Source of the DNA: a bacterium
GTDB lineage: Bacteria > UBA8248
NCBI GenBank assembly: GCA_965219955.1
Contig: OZ244799.1
Span: 4,192,001-4,256,000, forward strand
DNA length: 64,000 nucleotides
Direction: 5' to 3'
Shown here: one piece after another, positions 11,514-20,604 of the stretch
Layout of the letters: each line of letters begins with the position of its first letter
Position numbering within the stretch: position 1 is the first letter of the stretch
The notes under the pieces: generated by a model
Database searches by the model: none
The model's input: only the letters and a program-made list of their open reading frames with translations
Told to the model about the DNA's origin: nothing
Position numbers and translations under genes: made by a program

Positions 11514-11563
11514 TGGCTTAGGGCCGCTCGCGAGCAGCCCCTACGAAAGGCGTACTTTCCTGA

Positions 11564-11956
11564 TCACCCCAACCAATTCTCTACAGCCAGACCCTCCACC
11601 CTATTGAACTCGCGGGTGTTGCGCGTGATCAGGGTGAGGGAACGAGCGAGCACCTGCCCTGCGATGAGTACGTCATAGGGGCCGATGGGGGTTCTTTTGA
11701 CTGCCAGCGCGGCGCGGATTTCTCCCGCCCGTTCGGCGTCGGTCTGTGAGAGCGGCAACACTTCGAATTCCAGGGCGTGGACCATGCGCAGGTTTTCTTC
11801 TACCCGTTTGCTCTTGTATGCGCCGAAGCAGAGTTCGTGATGCGAAACGGCGGAGACGCCGAAATCGGCGGTCCGATGGTCACCAAGGCGGTCGATGAAC
11901 TTTTGGTTACCCCTGAGTAATTCAATCAGGGCGTTCGTGTCGAGCAGGAATCTCAC
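11564..11956 (-). CDS. vapC: VapC PIN-domain toxin
   Basis: LLDTNA, PIGPYDVLIAG, LITRNTREF. Confidence 0.93.
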   Translation of the reverse strand: MRFLLDTNALIELLRGNQKFIDRLGDHRTADFGVSAVSHHELCFGAYKSKRVEENLRMVHALEFEVLPLSQTDAERAGEIRAALAVKRTPIGPYDVLIAGQVLARSLTLITRNTREFNRVEGLAVENWLG

Positions 11957-12198
11957 TCAAAAAAATCCAGTTCCGGGCGGGCCTGTTCCCCCGGCCTCTC
12001 TGCGGCGGCTTTCAGGAAATCCTCATCGACCGGGCGCTTGATGGCGTCGAGCCACGACCAGTCATTTGAAAGCGGTTCCAGGATGACGGCTTCTCCTTCT
12101 TTTCGGATTCGCACCTCATCGCACTTGAACCGGAATTCCTTCGGAAGGCGAACGGCCTGCGAACGACCTGTCATGAATACCTTGGCTGTATTTGGCAT
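11953..12198 (-). CDS. vapB: VapB AbrB-type antitoxin
   Basis: TAKVFMTGRSQAVRLPKEFR; 4-nt overlap with vapC; AGGAG RBS. Confidence 0.92.
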   Translation of the reverse strand: MPNTAKVFMTGRSQAVRLPKEFRFKCDEVRIRKEGEAVILEPLSNDWSWLDAIKRPVDEDFLKAAAERPGEQARPELDFFE

Positions 12199-12210
12199 GT
12201 TGGGTCTCCT

Positions 12211-12233
12211 GATATATTGCAAAGATATATATC
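12211..12233. promoter_or_regulatory. vapBC autoregulatory operator (palindrome)
   Basis: GATATAT-N9-ATATATC just upstream of vapB. Confidence 0.5.
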
Positions 12234-12514
12234 ATGAGCGGCTGTATGAGTCAACCACAAAACGGATAAATCTCTCTACCACTCCCAACCCTTAATAACT
12301 CATCCCTTTATCCAACTTATCCCCGATAAAGCTGAATAACCTGCTCTGTAAGCCCATTTCCGAGCCACGCATCCCACTTCCCCCATCCCTGTTATTCATT
12401 TTTACGAATAAACGCTTAATAGCGTTTCCTTTTATTAAATTTTATGCTATATCTCTTAATAGTGGTTCGGCTTATTCAGCTTTCGCTTCATAACGCTTCA
12501 TCGGGAGGTTCGCC

Positions 12515-13675
12515 GTGAGACGCGCAGAGACGGGCGCATACGAGACGACGACGTTCGGCGGCGAGGCCGTGCGCGCGTTCGTGCCCGCCAGCCTGCCGCC
12601 CAGGCCGCCGCTCGACCTGGCCGCCCTGAACGCGCCGCTCGAGCGGGCGTCGCTCTCGCTGGGCCGCCTCGACGCCCTGGCCGCGCTGCTGCCCGACCCC
12701 CACGTCTTCCTCTACACCTACGTGCGCAAGGAGGCCGTGCTCTCCTCCCAGATCGAGGGAACGCAGTCCTCGCTCTCCGACCTCCTGCTCTACGAGGTGG
12801 AGGGGGCGCCGGGCGCGCCGGTTGACGACGTGGTCGAGGTCTCGAACTACGTGGCGGCGCTCGAACACGGCCTGGCGCGGATGCGGGGGGATGGTTTCCC
12901 GCTCTCGACGCGCCTCATCTGCGAGATCCACGGCCGGCTGCTCGCGCGGGGCCGCGGCGCGGGCAAGAGCCCGGGCGAGTTCCGGCGCTCCCAGAACTGG
13001 ATCGGCGGGAGCAGGCCGGCCGCGGCGCACTTCGTGCCGCCTCCGCCCCACCGGGTCGGCGAGTGCATGTCGGACCTCGAGCGCTTCTGGCACCGGGAGG
13101 ACTTGAGGCTATCGGCCTTGCTCCGCGCGGGTCTCGCGCACGTTCAGTTCGAGACCATCCACCCGTTCCTGGACGGGAACGGGCGCGTCGGGCGGCTGCT
13201 CATCACGCTCCTGCTCTGGCGCGAGGGCGCGCTCCGCGAGCCGATGCTTTACCTGAGCCTTTTCTTCAAGCAGCGCCGGGCGGATTACTACGCGCTCCTG
13301 GACGAGGTGCGCGAGAGCGGCGACTGGGAGGCGTGGCTCCTCTTCTTCCTGGAGGGCGTGGCCGAGACTTCCGATGCGGCCGTGGCGACCGCGCACCGGG
13401 TGCTGGCGCTGTTCGATGCGGATCAGCTCCGCGCCGCGCAGACGGGCCGCGTGGCCGGCTCCGCGCTCCGCGTCTACCGTGCGCTCAAGGAGCGGCCCAT
13501 CGCCTCGCTCGCGCACGCCGCCGGGCACTCGGGCCTCTCGTTCCCCGCGGCGTCCAGCGGGATGCGCGCGCTCGAGCGCCTCGGAATCGTCCGCGAGCTC
13601 ACGGGCAAGAAGCGCAACCGCCTGTTCGGCTACGAGGCGTACCTCTCGATCCTGAACGAGGGCACGGAGGTGTAG
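12515..13675 (+). CDS. Fic family protein (Fic_N + Fic + C-terminal HTH)
   Basis: SSQIEGT inhibitory motif; HPFLDGNGRVGR catalytic motif. Confidence 0.93.
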   Translation: MRRAETGAYETTTFGGEAVRAFVPASLPPRPPLDLAALNAPLERASLSLGRLDALAALLPDPHVFLYTYVRKEAVLSSQIEGTQSSLSDLLLYEVEGAPGAPVDDVVEVSNYVAALEHGLARMRGDGFPLSTRLICEIHGRLLARGRGAGKSPGEFRRSQNWIGGSRPAAAHFVPPPPHRVGECMSDLERFWHREDLRLSALLRAGLAHVQFETIHPFLDGNGRVGRLLITLLLWREGALREPMLYLSLFFKQRRADYYALLDEVRESGDWEAWLLFFLEGVAETSDAAVATAHRVLALFDADQLRAAQTGRVAGSALRVYRALKERPIASLAHAAGHSGLSFPAASSGMRALERLGIVRELTGKKRNRLFGYEAYLSILNEGTEV

Positions 13676-13680
13676 GTGGT

Positions 13681-13711
13681 AGGGGGGGGGGCGAAAGCCC
13701 CCCCTTTTTTT
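13681..13711 (+). terminator. Rho-independent terminator after fic
   Basis: G-run/GCGAAAGC/C-run hairpin followed by T-tract. Confidence 0.75.
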
Positions 13712-13715
13712 ATGT

Positions 13716-13789
13716 GTAGGGGCCGCATACATGCGGCCCTTGTAGTGGGTGAAAAAACCAGGGTCGCATGTATGTCGGACATATATGTC
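13716..13789. repeat. GTAG-type REP doublet, left part of the IS target
   Basis: GTAGGGGCCGCATACATGCGGCCC..GTCGGACATATATGTC. It continues as GACCTAC after the IS (15165); a related intact copy lies near 15591. Confidence 0.7.
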
Positions 13790-13849
13790 CTATATGGACG
13801 CCCACGAGAATGCAAGCGGTTTTTGGGGAGGGTTCGGCGCAAAGCGGTT

Positions 13850-14062
13850 CGGCTCAGTCGTATATCCGGCCTCTTCGTTGCGGCGCTTTACTCTGGCCGC
13901 GGGCCCGTATGGAGATAGGTGGACCGGGTCCAAATCGACCTGGTGAGCTCGGTGGCTCTGGACATATATCTGGTTTTCCCGGTCCCGTCTCGATGACCGT
14001 TTGCCCTTACCCTTCCTCCGGCCTGCTCACATTCCTCCCGGCTCTATCCGTGCGCCCGCCGC
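13850..14062 (-). ncRNA. Predicted IS1111 bridge/seek RNA (exact ends unknown)
   Basis: Stem GGACCGGG(13921)/CCCGGTCC(13978) encloses TCGACCT and GACATATAT, which match the insertion flanks; a second loop has partial matches to the element ends. Confidence 0.78.
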
Positions 14063-15088
14063 TCAGGCGAGGGGCGCTGGCTCCCTGTAGACATCCTTGT
14101 TCCGCATCAGCGCCCACGCGATGCGCGCCATCCGGTTCGCCAGCGCCACCGCCACCACCTTCCTCGGCTTGCGCGCCAGCATCCGCGCCAGCCACGGACA
14201 CGGCGGCTTCCGGCGACGCCCCGCCCAGCGTATCTCCGACATCGCGCCCGATATCAACAGACGCCTCACGTCGCGCTGGCCCATCTTCGATATTCCCCCC
14301 AGGCGGGGCTTGCCCCCCGTGGAGTGCTGCCGGGGAACCAGACCCAGCCAGGCCGAGAAGTCGCGGCCCCGACGGAAGCGCTCCACCGGCGGCGCGAACG
14401 CCCGGATCGCCGACGCCGTAATCGGGCCGACACCCGGGATGCTCATCAGCCGCCGCGCCTCCTCGTCCGCGTATGCGCTCGCCCGGAGCCGTCCGGTCAA
14501 CTCCCGGACCTTCGCATCGAGGCCGTCAATCTGGGCGAGCAGAATCCCGCCCAACTCGCGGACCTCCTCGGGCAGGCCCGATTCCGCTCCCCGAACCGCC
14601 GCCGCCAGCCGTGTGAGGCCCACGGGCCCTTGCCGCTCGACGACCCCGAACTCCGCCAGGTGGCTGCGCAGCGCGTTGCGCGCCTGCGTGCGCTGACCCA
14701 CCAGCAAATCCCGCGTGCGGTACTCCATCCCACACCCCTGCTGCGCTTCGCTCTTCACCGCCACGAAGCGCATCGTCGCCCGCGTGGCCGCCTCGCATAT
14801 CGCCTCCGCATCCGCCGCGTCGTTCTTGTGGCGCTTCACGTAGGGCTTCACGTAGACCGGCGGCATGAGCCGAACCTCATGGCCGAGCTTGCCGACCTCG
14901 CGCCCCCAGTAGTGCGCGCTCGCGCACGCCTCCATCGCCACCACGCATCGAGGCTGCGACGACAGAAACTCCAGCACCTTCGCGCGCGTCAGCTTCTTGC
15001 GGAACGCCACCCGCCCGTCCGCACCCGCGCCGTGGAGTTGAAAACTGTGTTTCGCCAAGTCGATGCCGATCATGTAGACTCCTTCCAT
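14063..15088 (-). CDS. IS110-family recombinase (IS1111 group)
   Basis: GIDLAK, AMEAC, KNDAADA (DEDD), SIPGVGPITA, RQHSTGG catalytic Ser; intact ORF with AAGGAG RBS. Confidence 0.95.
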   Translation of the reverse strand: MEGVYMIGIDLAKHSFQLHGAGADGRVAFRKKLTRAKVLEFLSSQPRCVVAMEACASAHYWGREVGKLGHEVRLMPPVYVKPYVKRHKNDAADAEAICEAATRATMRFVAVKSEAQQGCGMEYRTRDLLVGQRTQARNALRSHLAEFGVVERQGPVGLTRLAAAVRGAESGLPEEVRELGGILLAQIDGLDAKVRELTGRLRASAYADEEARRLMSIPGVGPITASAIRAFAPPVERFRRGRDFSAWLGLVPRQHSTGGKPRLGGISKMGQRDVRRLLISGAMSEIRWAGRRRKPPCPWLARMLARKPRKVVAVALANRMARIAWALMRNKDVYREPAPLA

Positions 15089-15201
15089 GGTCGTCTCCTT
15101 CCGGGCGGTGTGTGACGTCGTCTCGCCACATTCTAATCCGCCGGAAGGAGGCGTCCACCCCATCGACCTACACTCCCTTCGGCAAGACGGATTCCCATTG
15201 C

Positions 15202-15770
15202 CCTCATCCCGAGTAGGCGCGCTCGCGCGCCGTATCGAGGGAGCGCCCTTCGATACGCCGCCTCCGGCGGCTACTCAGGGTGAGGTCGATACGGCGGCCG
15301 ATGAGGGAGCAAGATAAACTCCTCCCTTGAGGGGGAAATCCCATAAGGGCAACCCCCCCTACCCCCCCTTGTCAGGGGTCAAACGCGAGTGATGAACGAG
15401 CGTTTGCATGAGCCATTGACGAGAAACACATCGTCTTGCAAAACCTCCCTCTTCGGTCGGTTTTGACCCCTGTCAAGGGGGGGTAGGGGGGGTTGTTTTT
15501 CCTGGCGAGAGCCTGCGCCGCCGCCTTTTGGGATTATCTATCCCGTCATTCCGTTATATGGCGGAGACAGAAAAACCGGGAGGATACACGGTCAGACATA
15601 TATGTCTGACCCCTACGTAAAACGTGATGGGTTTTGTAGGGACAGGCCTCCGTGCCTGTCCTGACGAAGGACAACCACGAAGAGCAGGACAGGCACGGAG
15701 GCCTGTCCCTACGATGAACAGTTCGGTGATCGGGATCCCCTCCCTCCTCAAGGGGGCCTTTTCAAGAATC
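15202..15770. repeat. Repeat cluster with four or five REP families
   Basis: CTGAGTAG-type doublet 15202-15285; about 32-bp IR CCCCCCTACCCCCCCTTGTCAGGGGTCAAA 15352-15494; GTCAGACATATATGTCTGAC near 15591; GTAGGGACAGGC doublet 15637-15713. Confidence 0.8.
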
Positions 15771-15927
15771 TCTTTATTAAGACTTAAATATTAACCCTTA
15801 ATAATGAAAATCCTTATTAAGTGTTCGCGCAATATAGCTGAAAAAAGGGCTTCTTTATTAAGTTTTTAGCATTAAATATTAATAGTGGTTTTTCTTATTC
15901 AGCTTTGGTGAATAACTCTTATTTCCC

Positions 15928-16818
15928 CTAATACCGCTCGGGTACGAAAGTCTGCTCGCTCAGGGGAGGGCGCACGTAGGCCTTGGAGTCGCGGCGCGGG
16001 GGGAGTTCGACGGGCGAGGGCGTGAGGTCCTCGTAGGGGATGAGGGAGAGCAGGTGGCTGATGCAGTTGAGCCGCGCGCGGCGCTTGGAATCCGCGTCCA
16101 CCACGTACCAGGGGGCCTGCTTGATGTCGGTGTGGGCGAACATCTCGTCCTTCGCCCTGGAATACTCCACCCAGCGGGTGCGCGATTCGAGGTCCATCGG
16201 CGAGAGCTTCCAGCGCCTCGTCCTGTCCTCGATGCGCGCGTGAAAGCGGCGCTCCTGCTCCTCGTCGCTCACCGAGAACCAGTACTTGATGAGTATTATC
16301 CCTGAGCGCACGAGCATCCGCTCGAACGTGGGGCAGGAGTGCAGGAACTCGCGGTATTCCTCATCCGTGCAGAAGCCCATCACCCGCTCGACGCCCGCGC
16401 GGTTGTACCAGGAGCGGTCGAAGAGCGCCATCTCGCCCGCGGCGGGCAGGTGCGGCACGTAGCGCTGGAAATACCACTGCGTCTGCTCGCGCTCGGTGGG
16501 CGCCGCGAGCGCCACGACGCGGCACACCCTCGGGTTGAGCCTGAGCGTGATGCGCTTGATGACGCCTCCCTTGCCGGCCGCGTCGCGCCCCTCGAAGATG
16601 ACGACGACTTTCAAGCCCTGGTGCTTTATCCACTCCTGGAGCTTCACGAGTTCTTCCTGGAGCCGCACGAGTTCCGCCTCGTACACCCTTTTGGTCAGCT
16701 TCCGGCGCGGGGCTTTCCGGGCGTCTCCCGCCCTGGTGAAAGCGGGGGCGGTATCGCCCCCGGGCGCGACGCCCTCGCTGTCAGGTGTGGTCGTATCGGA
16801 TGCGCCTTCCGGGTCCAT
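15928..16818 (-). CDS. ppk2: Polyphosphate kinase 2
   Basis: FEGRDAAGKGG Walker A, WYFQRY, FDRSWYNRAGVERVMGFC, WKLSPMD. Confidence 0.95.
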   Translation of the reverse strand: MDPEGASDTTTPDSEGVAPGGDTAPAFTRAGDARKAPRRKLTKRVYEAELVRLQEELVKLQEWIKHQGLKVVVIFEGRDAAGKGGVIKRITLRLNPRVCRVVALAAPTEREQTQWYFQRYVPHLPAAGEMALFDRSWYNRAGVERVMGFCTDEEYREFLHSCPTFERMLVRSGIILIKYWFSVSDEEQERRFHARIEDRTRRWKLSPMDLESRTRWVEYSRAKDEMFAHTDIKQAPWYVVDADSKRRARLNCISHLLSLIPYEDLTPSPVELPPRRDSKAYVRPPLSEQTFVPERY

Positions 16819-16997
16819 GACGCGCCTCCTCGTTTGTGTCGATTGTCACGATTATGAACGCAGGAGGGGGGCCGCGCAAGGGAAAAAGGGTTGTTGGAAA
16901 GGCCTTCCTTGTCAGAGGGGCCTTCTTTTTTTACCCCCCTGTCCCCCCTCTTCGGGGCTGTTGAGAAAGGCATCCTTGGTCGGAATTGACCACCGAC

Positions 16998-17210
16998 GTC
17001 ATTCCGGCGAAAGCCGGAATCCATTTTGACTTTTCACCGGGAGGGGCGGCCACGACCTTGCCGTCGCGCGGCGTCCAGATGCGGGATTCAGAGAATTCGA
17101 CTTTCGTTTTTGTGTTCGATTCCGATCCTCCTCGTCCGGGAGTAAAGACGGCTGAACGAAGGGGCGAAAAGGCAAAGGCGAAAATGGATTCCGGCTTTCG
17201 CCGGAATGAC
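16998..17210. repeat. GTCATTCCGGCGAAAGCCGGAATCCA inverted doublet
   Basis: 26-bp unit and its reverse complement; same family at 20730, 21414 and 36088. Confidence 0.85.
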
Positions 17211-17420
17211 GGCCAAACCCCGAAACCGGGTGGAGGCGCAGGGCGCCGTTCTTGTCGTGTTTCCGGTGCGGTTTCCCCCGCCCGAAAACGAGACGTTGCC
17301 CGCCCGGATTCCGTCTGTTATTTTTAAGGACAGAGGTATAGGTTACCGTCCGCCGCCCGTCTCACCGGGATGCTGCAGTATTCCGCCGACTTCATAGCAA
17401 GGGAAAGGGGGGTAGATGCG

Positions 17421-18782
17421 ATGGATTGGCTGAATTCGATGATCAGTTCCGTGAACGCCTTCGCCTGGGGGCCGCCGATGCTCGGCATGCTTGGGGTGAC
17501 GGGCGTGCTCCTCACGCTGGGGATGGTCTTCATGCCCTGGCGCAAGGTGGGCTACGGCTTCCAGCTGCTCTACGACAAGGACGGGGCCGTAGGCGAGGGC
17601 GAGGTCAAGCCCTTCAACGCGCTGATGACGGCGCTCTCCGCCACCGTCGGCACCGGGAACATCGCCGGCGTCGCCACCGCCATCGCCCTGGGGGGTCCGG
17701 GGGCCATCTTCTACATGTGGCTCATCGCGCTCTTCGGCATGGCGACCAAATACGCCGAAGCCGTCTGCGCGGTGACCTACCGCGAGGTGGACGCGGCGGG
17801 CAAGTACGTGGGCGGGCCCATGTATTATCTCAGAAACGGCGTGGGCGAATTCGCGCCCGAACTCGCCAAGTGGCTGGGGCTCGCGTTCGCCGTGTTCGGC
17901 GCGGTGGCGGCCTTCGGCATCGGCAACGCCGTGCAGGTGAACTCGATGGCGACCGCGCTTCAGGACAGCTTCCTGGTTCCCACCTGGATCACGGGAGTCG
18001 TCGTGGCCGCGCTGGTGGGCTTCGTCATCCTGGGCGGCATCCAGCGGATCGGCGAGGTGGCGGGCAAGCTCGTGCCCGCGATGATCGCCCTCTACGTGGG
18101 CGCCGCGCTCATCATCATCCTCATCAACATCGCCTCGGTGCCCGCGGCCATCGGCCTCATCTTCACCCACGCCTTCACCCCGGCGGCGGCGGCGGGCGGT
18201 TTCGCGGGCGCGGCGGTGGTGGCGGCGGTCCGCTTCGGCGTCGCGCGCGGCGTGTTCTCGAACGAATCGGGGCTGGGCTCCGCGGCCATCGCGCACGCGG
18301 CGGCGCAGACGAACAGCCCGGTGCGCCAGGGCATCATCGCCATGCTGGGCACCTTCATCGACACCATCGTGGTCTGCACGATGACGGCGCTGGTCATCCT
18401 CACTTCCGGCGCGTGGGTGATGAAGGGCGGCGACGGCGCGGGCCTGACGGGCGTCGTGCTCACCTCGGCGGGCTTCCAGAGCACCATCGCGGGCGGGAAG
18501 TACATCGTCACCATCGCGCTGGCCGTCTTCGCCTTCACCACCATCCTGGGCTGGTCGTACTACGGCGAGCGGTGCTGGCAGTATCTCTTCTCAGAGAACA
18601 GCCTCATGGTCTACCGGGGTCTCTGGGTGCTGGCGGCGCTCGGCTTCGCGAACGTGAAGGTGGACTTCGTCTGGAACTTGTCTGACACGCTGAACGGGCT
18701 GATGGCGGTGCCCAACCTCATCGGCCTGCTCCTGCTCGCGCCGATGGTCTTCAAGGTCACGCGCGAGTATTTCGACGCGTAA
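17421..18782 (+). CDS. Sodium:alanine/glycine symporter (AGCS family)
   Basis: ATVGTGNIAGVA, GGPGAIF, GGPMYY, RGVFSNESGLGS, FAFTTILGWSYYGE. Confidence 0.95.
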   Translation: MDWLNSMISSVNAFAWGPPMLGMLGVTGVLLTLGMVFMPWRKVGYGFQLLYDKDGAVGEGEVKPFNALMTALSATVGTGNIAGVATAIALGGPGAIFYMWLIALFGMATKYAEAVCAVTYREVDAAGKYVGGPMYYLRNGVGEFAPELAKWLGLAFAVFGAVAAFGIGNAVQVNSMATALQDSFLVPTWITGVVVAALVGFVILGGIQRIGEVAGKLVPAMIALYVGAALIIILINIASVPAAIGLIFTHAFTPAAAAGGFAGAAVVAAVRFGVARGVFSNESGLGSAAIAHAAAQTNSPVRQGIIAMLGTFIDTIVVCTMTALVILTSGAWVMKGGDGAGLTGVVLTSAGFQSTIAGGKYIVTIALAVFAFTTILGWSYYGERCWQYLFSENSLMVYRGLWVLAALGFANVKVDFVWNLSDTLNGLMAVPNLIGLLLLAPMVFKVTREYFDA

Positions 18783-18792
18783 CAGCTTCACC

Positions 18793-18848
18793 AACCAGGG
18801 GCCGTCCTTGCGGGTGCGAAACCGCTTGCAAGGGCGGCCCTTGGTTTT
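18793..18848 (+). terminator. Hairpin/terminator after the symporter
   Basis: GGGCCGTCCTTGC..GCAAGGGCGGCCC stem followed by TTGGTTTT. Confidence 0.55.
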
Positions 18849-18890
18849 ATGAGGCAAATGCCTCTGACTTGGTGGTGAGAACGAAGAATT

Positions 18891-19218
18891 CACTCCCCCT
18901 TGAGGGGGCTGTTGAAAAAGTCCTGTCCGACCTTCGAGATTGTTCGCCGTAGCGGACGGGCCCCTGCGCCTGTCCGTGGCCTCCGTGCCTGTCCTGCTGT
19001 TCGTGGTTGTCCTTCGTCAGGACAGGCACGGAGGCCTGTCCCTACAAAACCATCACGTCTGCGCCGCATGAACCTCCTTGCCGCCGATCCCGAAACAGGT
19101 TTTTTCAACAGCCCCTCATCAGTCGCGATTGACCCTCCACCGATTCAGCCTTCACAGAAAACGCCCGGCTTCACCGTCTGGCTTTCCCCTCGGGAAGCCA
19201 GTCCCTCAGGGGGGAGTG
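18891..19218. mobile_element. MITE (GGGGCTGTTGAAAAA TIRs, 18905-19115, GTAG-REP cargo) nested in a CACTCCCCCTTGAG element
   Basis: Perfect 15-bp TIRs; close copy at 46400-46591. Confidence 0.75.
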
Positions 19219-19309
19219 AATCGGGTTACGACCTGCTCCTCCGTTCCTCCCGCCCCATGCTATACTGCTCCTGTACCGACATTCCCCCTCCCGTTCATGA
19301 AGGCCGCCA

Positions 19310-20536
19310 TTGGAATATCTCTCCTTCGCGTGGAACAACCGCCGGTTTCTGGCATTCGGCCTCCTGCTCACGTTTTTCTCGTGCTTCGGGCAGTCCTATT
19401 ACATCGCCGTGTTCAACACCGACATCCGGGCCGCCTTCTCCCTCTCCCACGGGGAGTTCGGCCTGGCCTACGCCGTCGCCACCGTATCGAGCGCGTTGTG
19501 CCTGATATGGATAGGCCGGATGATCGACAAGACGAGGCTGAAGCGCTTCGCCCTGTGCGTCTGCCTGGGGCTCGTCGCCTCGTGCGTCCTGATGGCGGCG
19601 GCGCCCGTTTTCCCGGCGCTGCTCTTCGCGTTGTTCGCCCTCAGGCTCACGGGGCAGGGATTGATGGTCCACACCTCGGTGACGAGCATCGGCCGGCATT
19701 TCGCAGCGGAGCGCGGGCGCGCCGTCAGCATCATCTCGATGGGCGGACCCTCGGGCCAGGCGGTGATGGCGCTCGCGGCGGTGGGCTTGAGCGCGTGGCT
19801 CTCCTGGCGGCACATCTGGCTGGTGATGGCGGCCGTTTCGGCCCTCGTGCTGATTCCCGCCGTCGCCTGGCTGCTTGCGGAGCATCAAGACGAGCATCTG
19901 GCCCGAAAGACGCGCGCGGAGGAATCGGCTTCTGTTTCCGGCCCCCAGGGGGTGTGGGGGAGAAGGGAGGTGCTGAAGGACCTGCGCTTCTACTTCATCA
20001 TGCCCGTTTCCCTTGCCCCCTCGTTCATCGCCACGGGCTTTTTCTTCCACATGGGGCACCTGGTGGAGGCCAAGGGGTGGACCCTCGCCTTCTTCACGGG
20101 CGCGTACACGCTCTACACCCTTTTCTCCGTCTCGTTGACGCTGCTCACCGGCCCCGTCGTGGACCGCATCGGCGCGGTCCGGATTCTCCCCTGGCATCTC
20201 GCGCCTCTGTGCGCCGGGCTTCTGGCGCTGGCGAGTTCCGACCACTGGTCCGCGGCGGTTCTCTACATGGGCCTGACGGGGATCACCGTCGGCGTGCGCA
20301 TCACCATCGGCGGGGCCATCTGGGCGGAGATCTACGGGGTGGAGAACCTCGGCGCCATCCGCTCCCTCGCCACCTCGTTCATGGTGGTGTCGACGGCGCT
20401 CTCGCCCGTCGTCTTCGGCTGGATGATCGACTACGGCGTGAGCGTGGAGGCCCTCGCCCTCATGTGCCTGGCCTACGGCGTCGGGTCGTCCGTCCTGAGC
20501 GGCGCGTCGCTCGGGGTGCGGCGCAATCGCGGGTGA
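19310..20536 (+). CDS. MFS transporter
   Basis: About 12 hydrophobic segments; GRMIDKTR and GPVVDRIG motif-A-like loops. Confidence 0.88.
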   Translation: MEYLSFAWNNRRFLAFGLLLTFFSCFGQSYYIAVFNTDIRAAFSLSHGEFGLAYAVATVSSALCLIWIGRMIDKTRLKRFALCVCLGLVASCVLMAAAPVFPALLFALFALRLTGQGLMVHTSVTSIGRHFAAERGRAVSIISMGGPSGQAVMALAAVGLSAWLSWRHIWLVMAAVSALVLIPAVAWLLAEHQDEHLARKTRAEESASVSGPQGVWGRREVLKDLRFYFIMPVSLAPSFIATGFFFHMGHLVEAKGWTLAFFTGAYTLYTLFSVSLTLLTGPVVDRIGAVRILPWHLAPLCAGLLALASSDHWSAAVLYMGLTGITVGVRITIGGAIWAEIYGVENLGAIRSLATSFMVVSTALSPVVFGWMIDYGVSVEALALMCLAYGVGSSVLSGASLGVRRNRG

Positions 20537-20604
20537 AGCGGGAGGTTTTTTATTTCTCCCCCATTGAGGTGGTGTGGTTTTTGTATTTGAGAGGGTGTTT
20601 TTCT

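Larger units (their letters stand above)
13790..15164 (-). mobile_element. Complete IS1111-group (IS110 family) insertion sequence
   Basis: Sub-terminal IRs TGGACGCC (13795) / GGCGTCCA (15150); TC core at both junctions (13788-89, 15163-64); no TSD; long 3' non-coding end. Confidence 0.88.

Noticed and set aside
13788-13791. Single-C core giving a perfect GTCGGACATATATGTCCGAC target
   Set aside because: Less favoured: the TC core fits both guides, the 10-bp IR spacing and the -10 box better. It is not fully excluded.
16695-17024. Small ORFs starting MDSGFRRND or containing VGTGLRACP / PPLRG
   Set aside because: These are translations of REP repeats, not credible genes.
17211-17420. Glycine riboswitch before the alanine/glycine symporter
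   Set aside because: No GGAGA..CCGAAG..CTCTCAGG motifs were seen.
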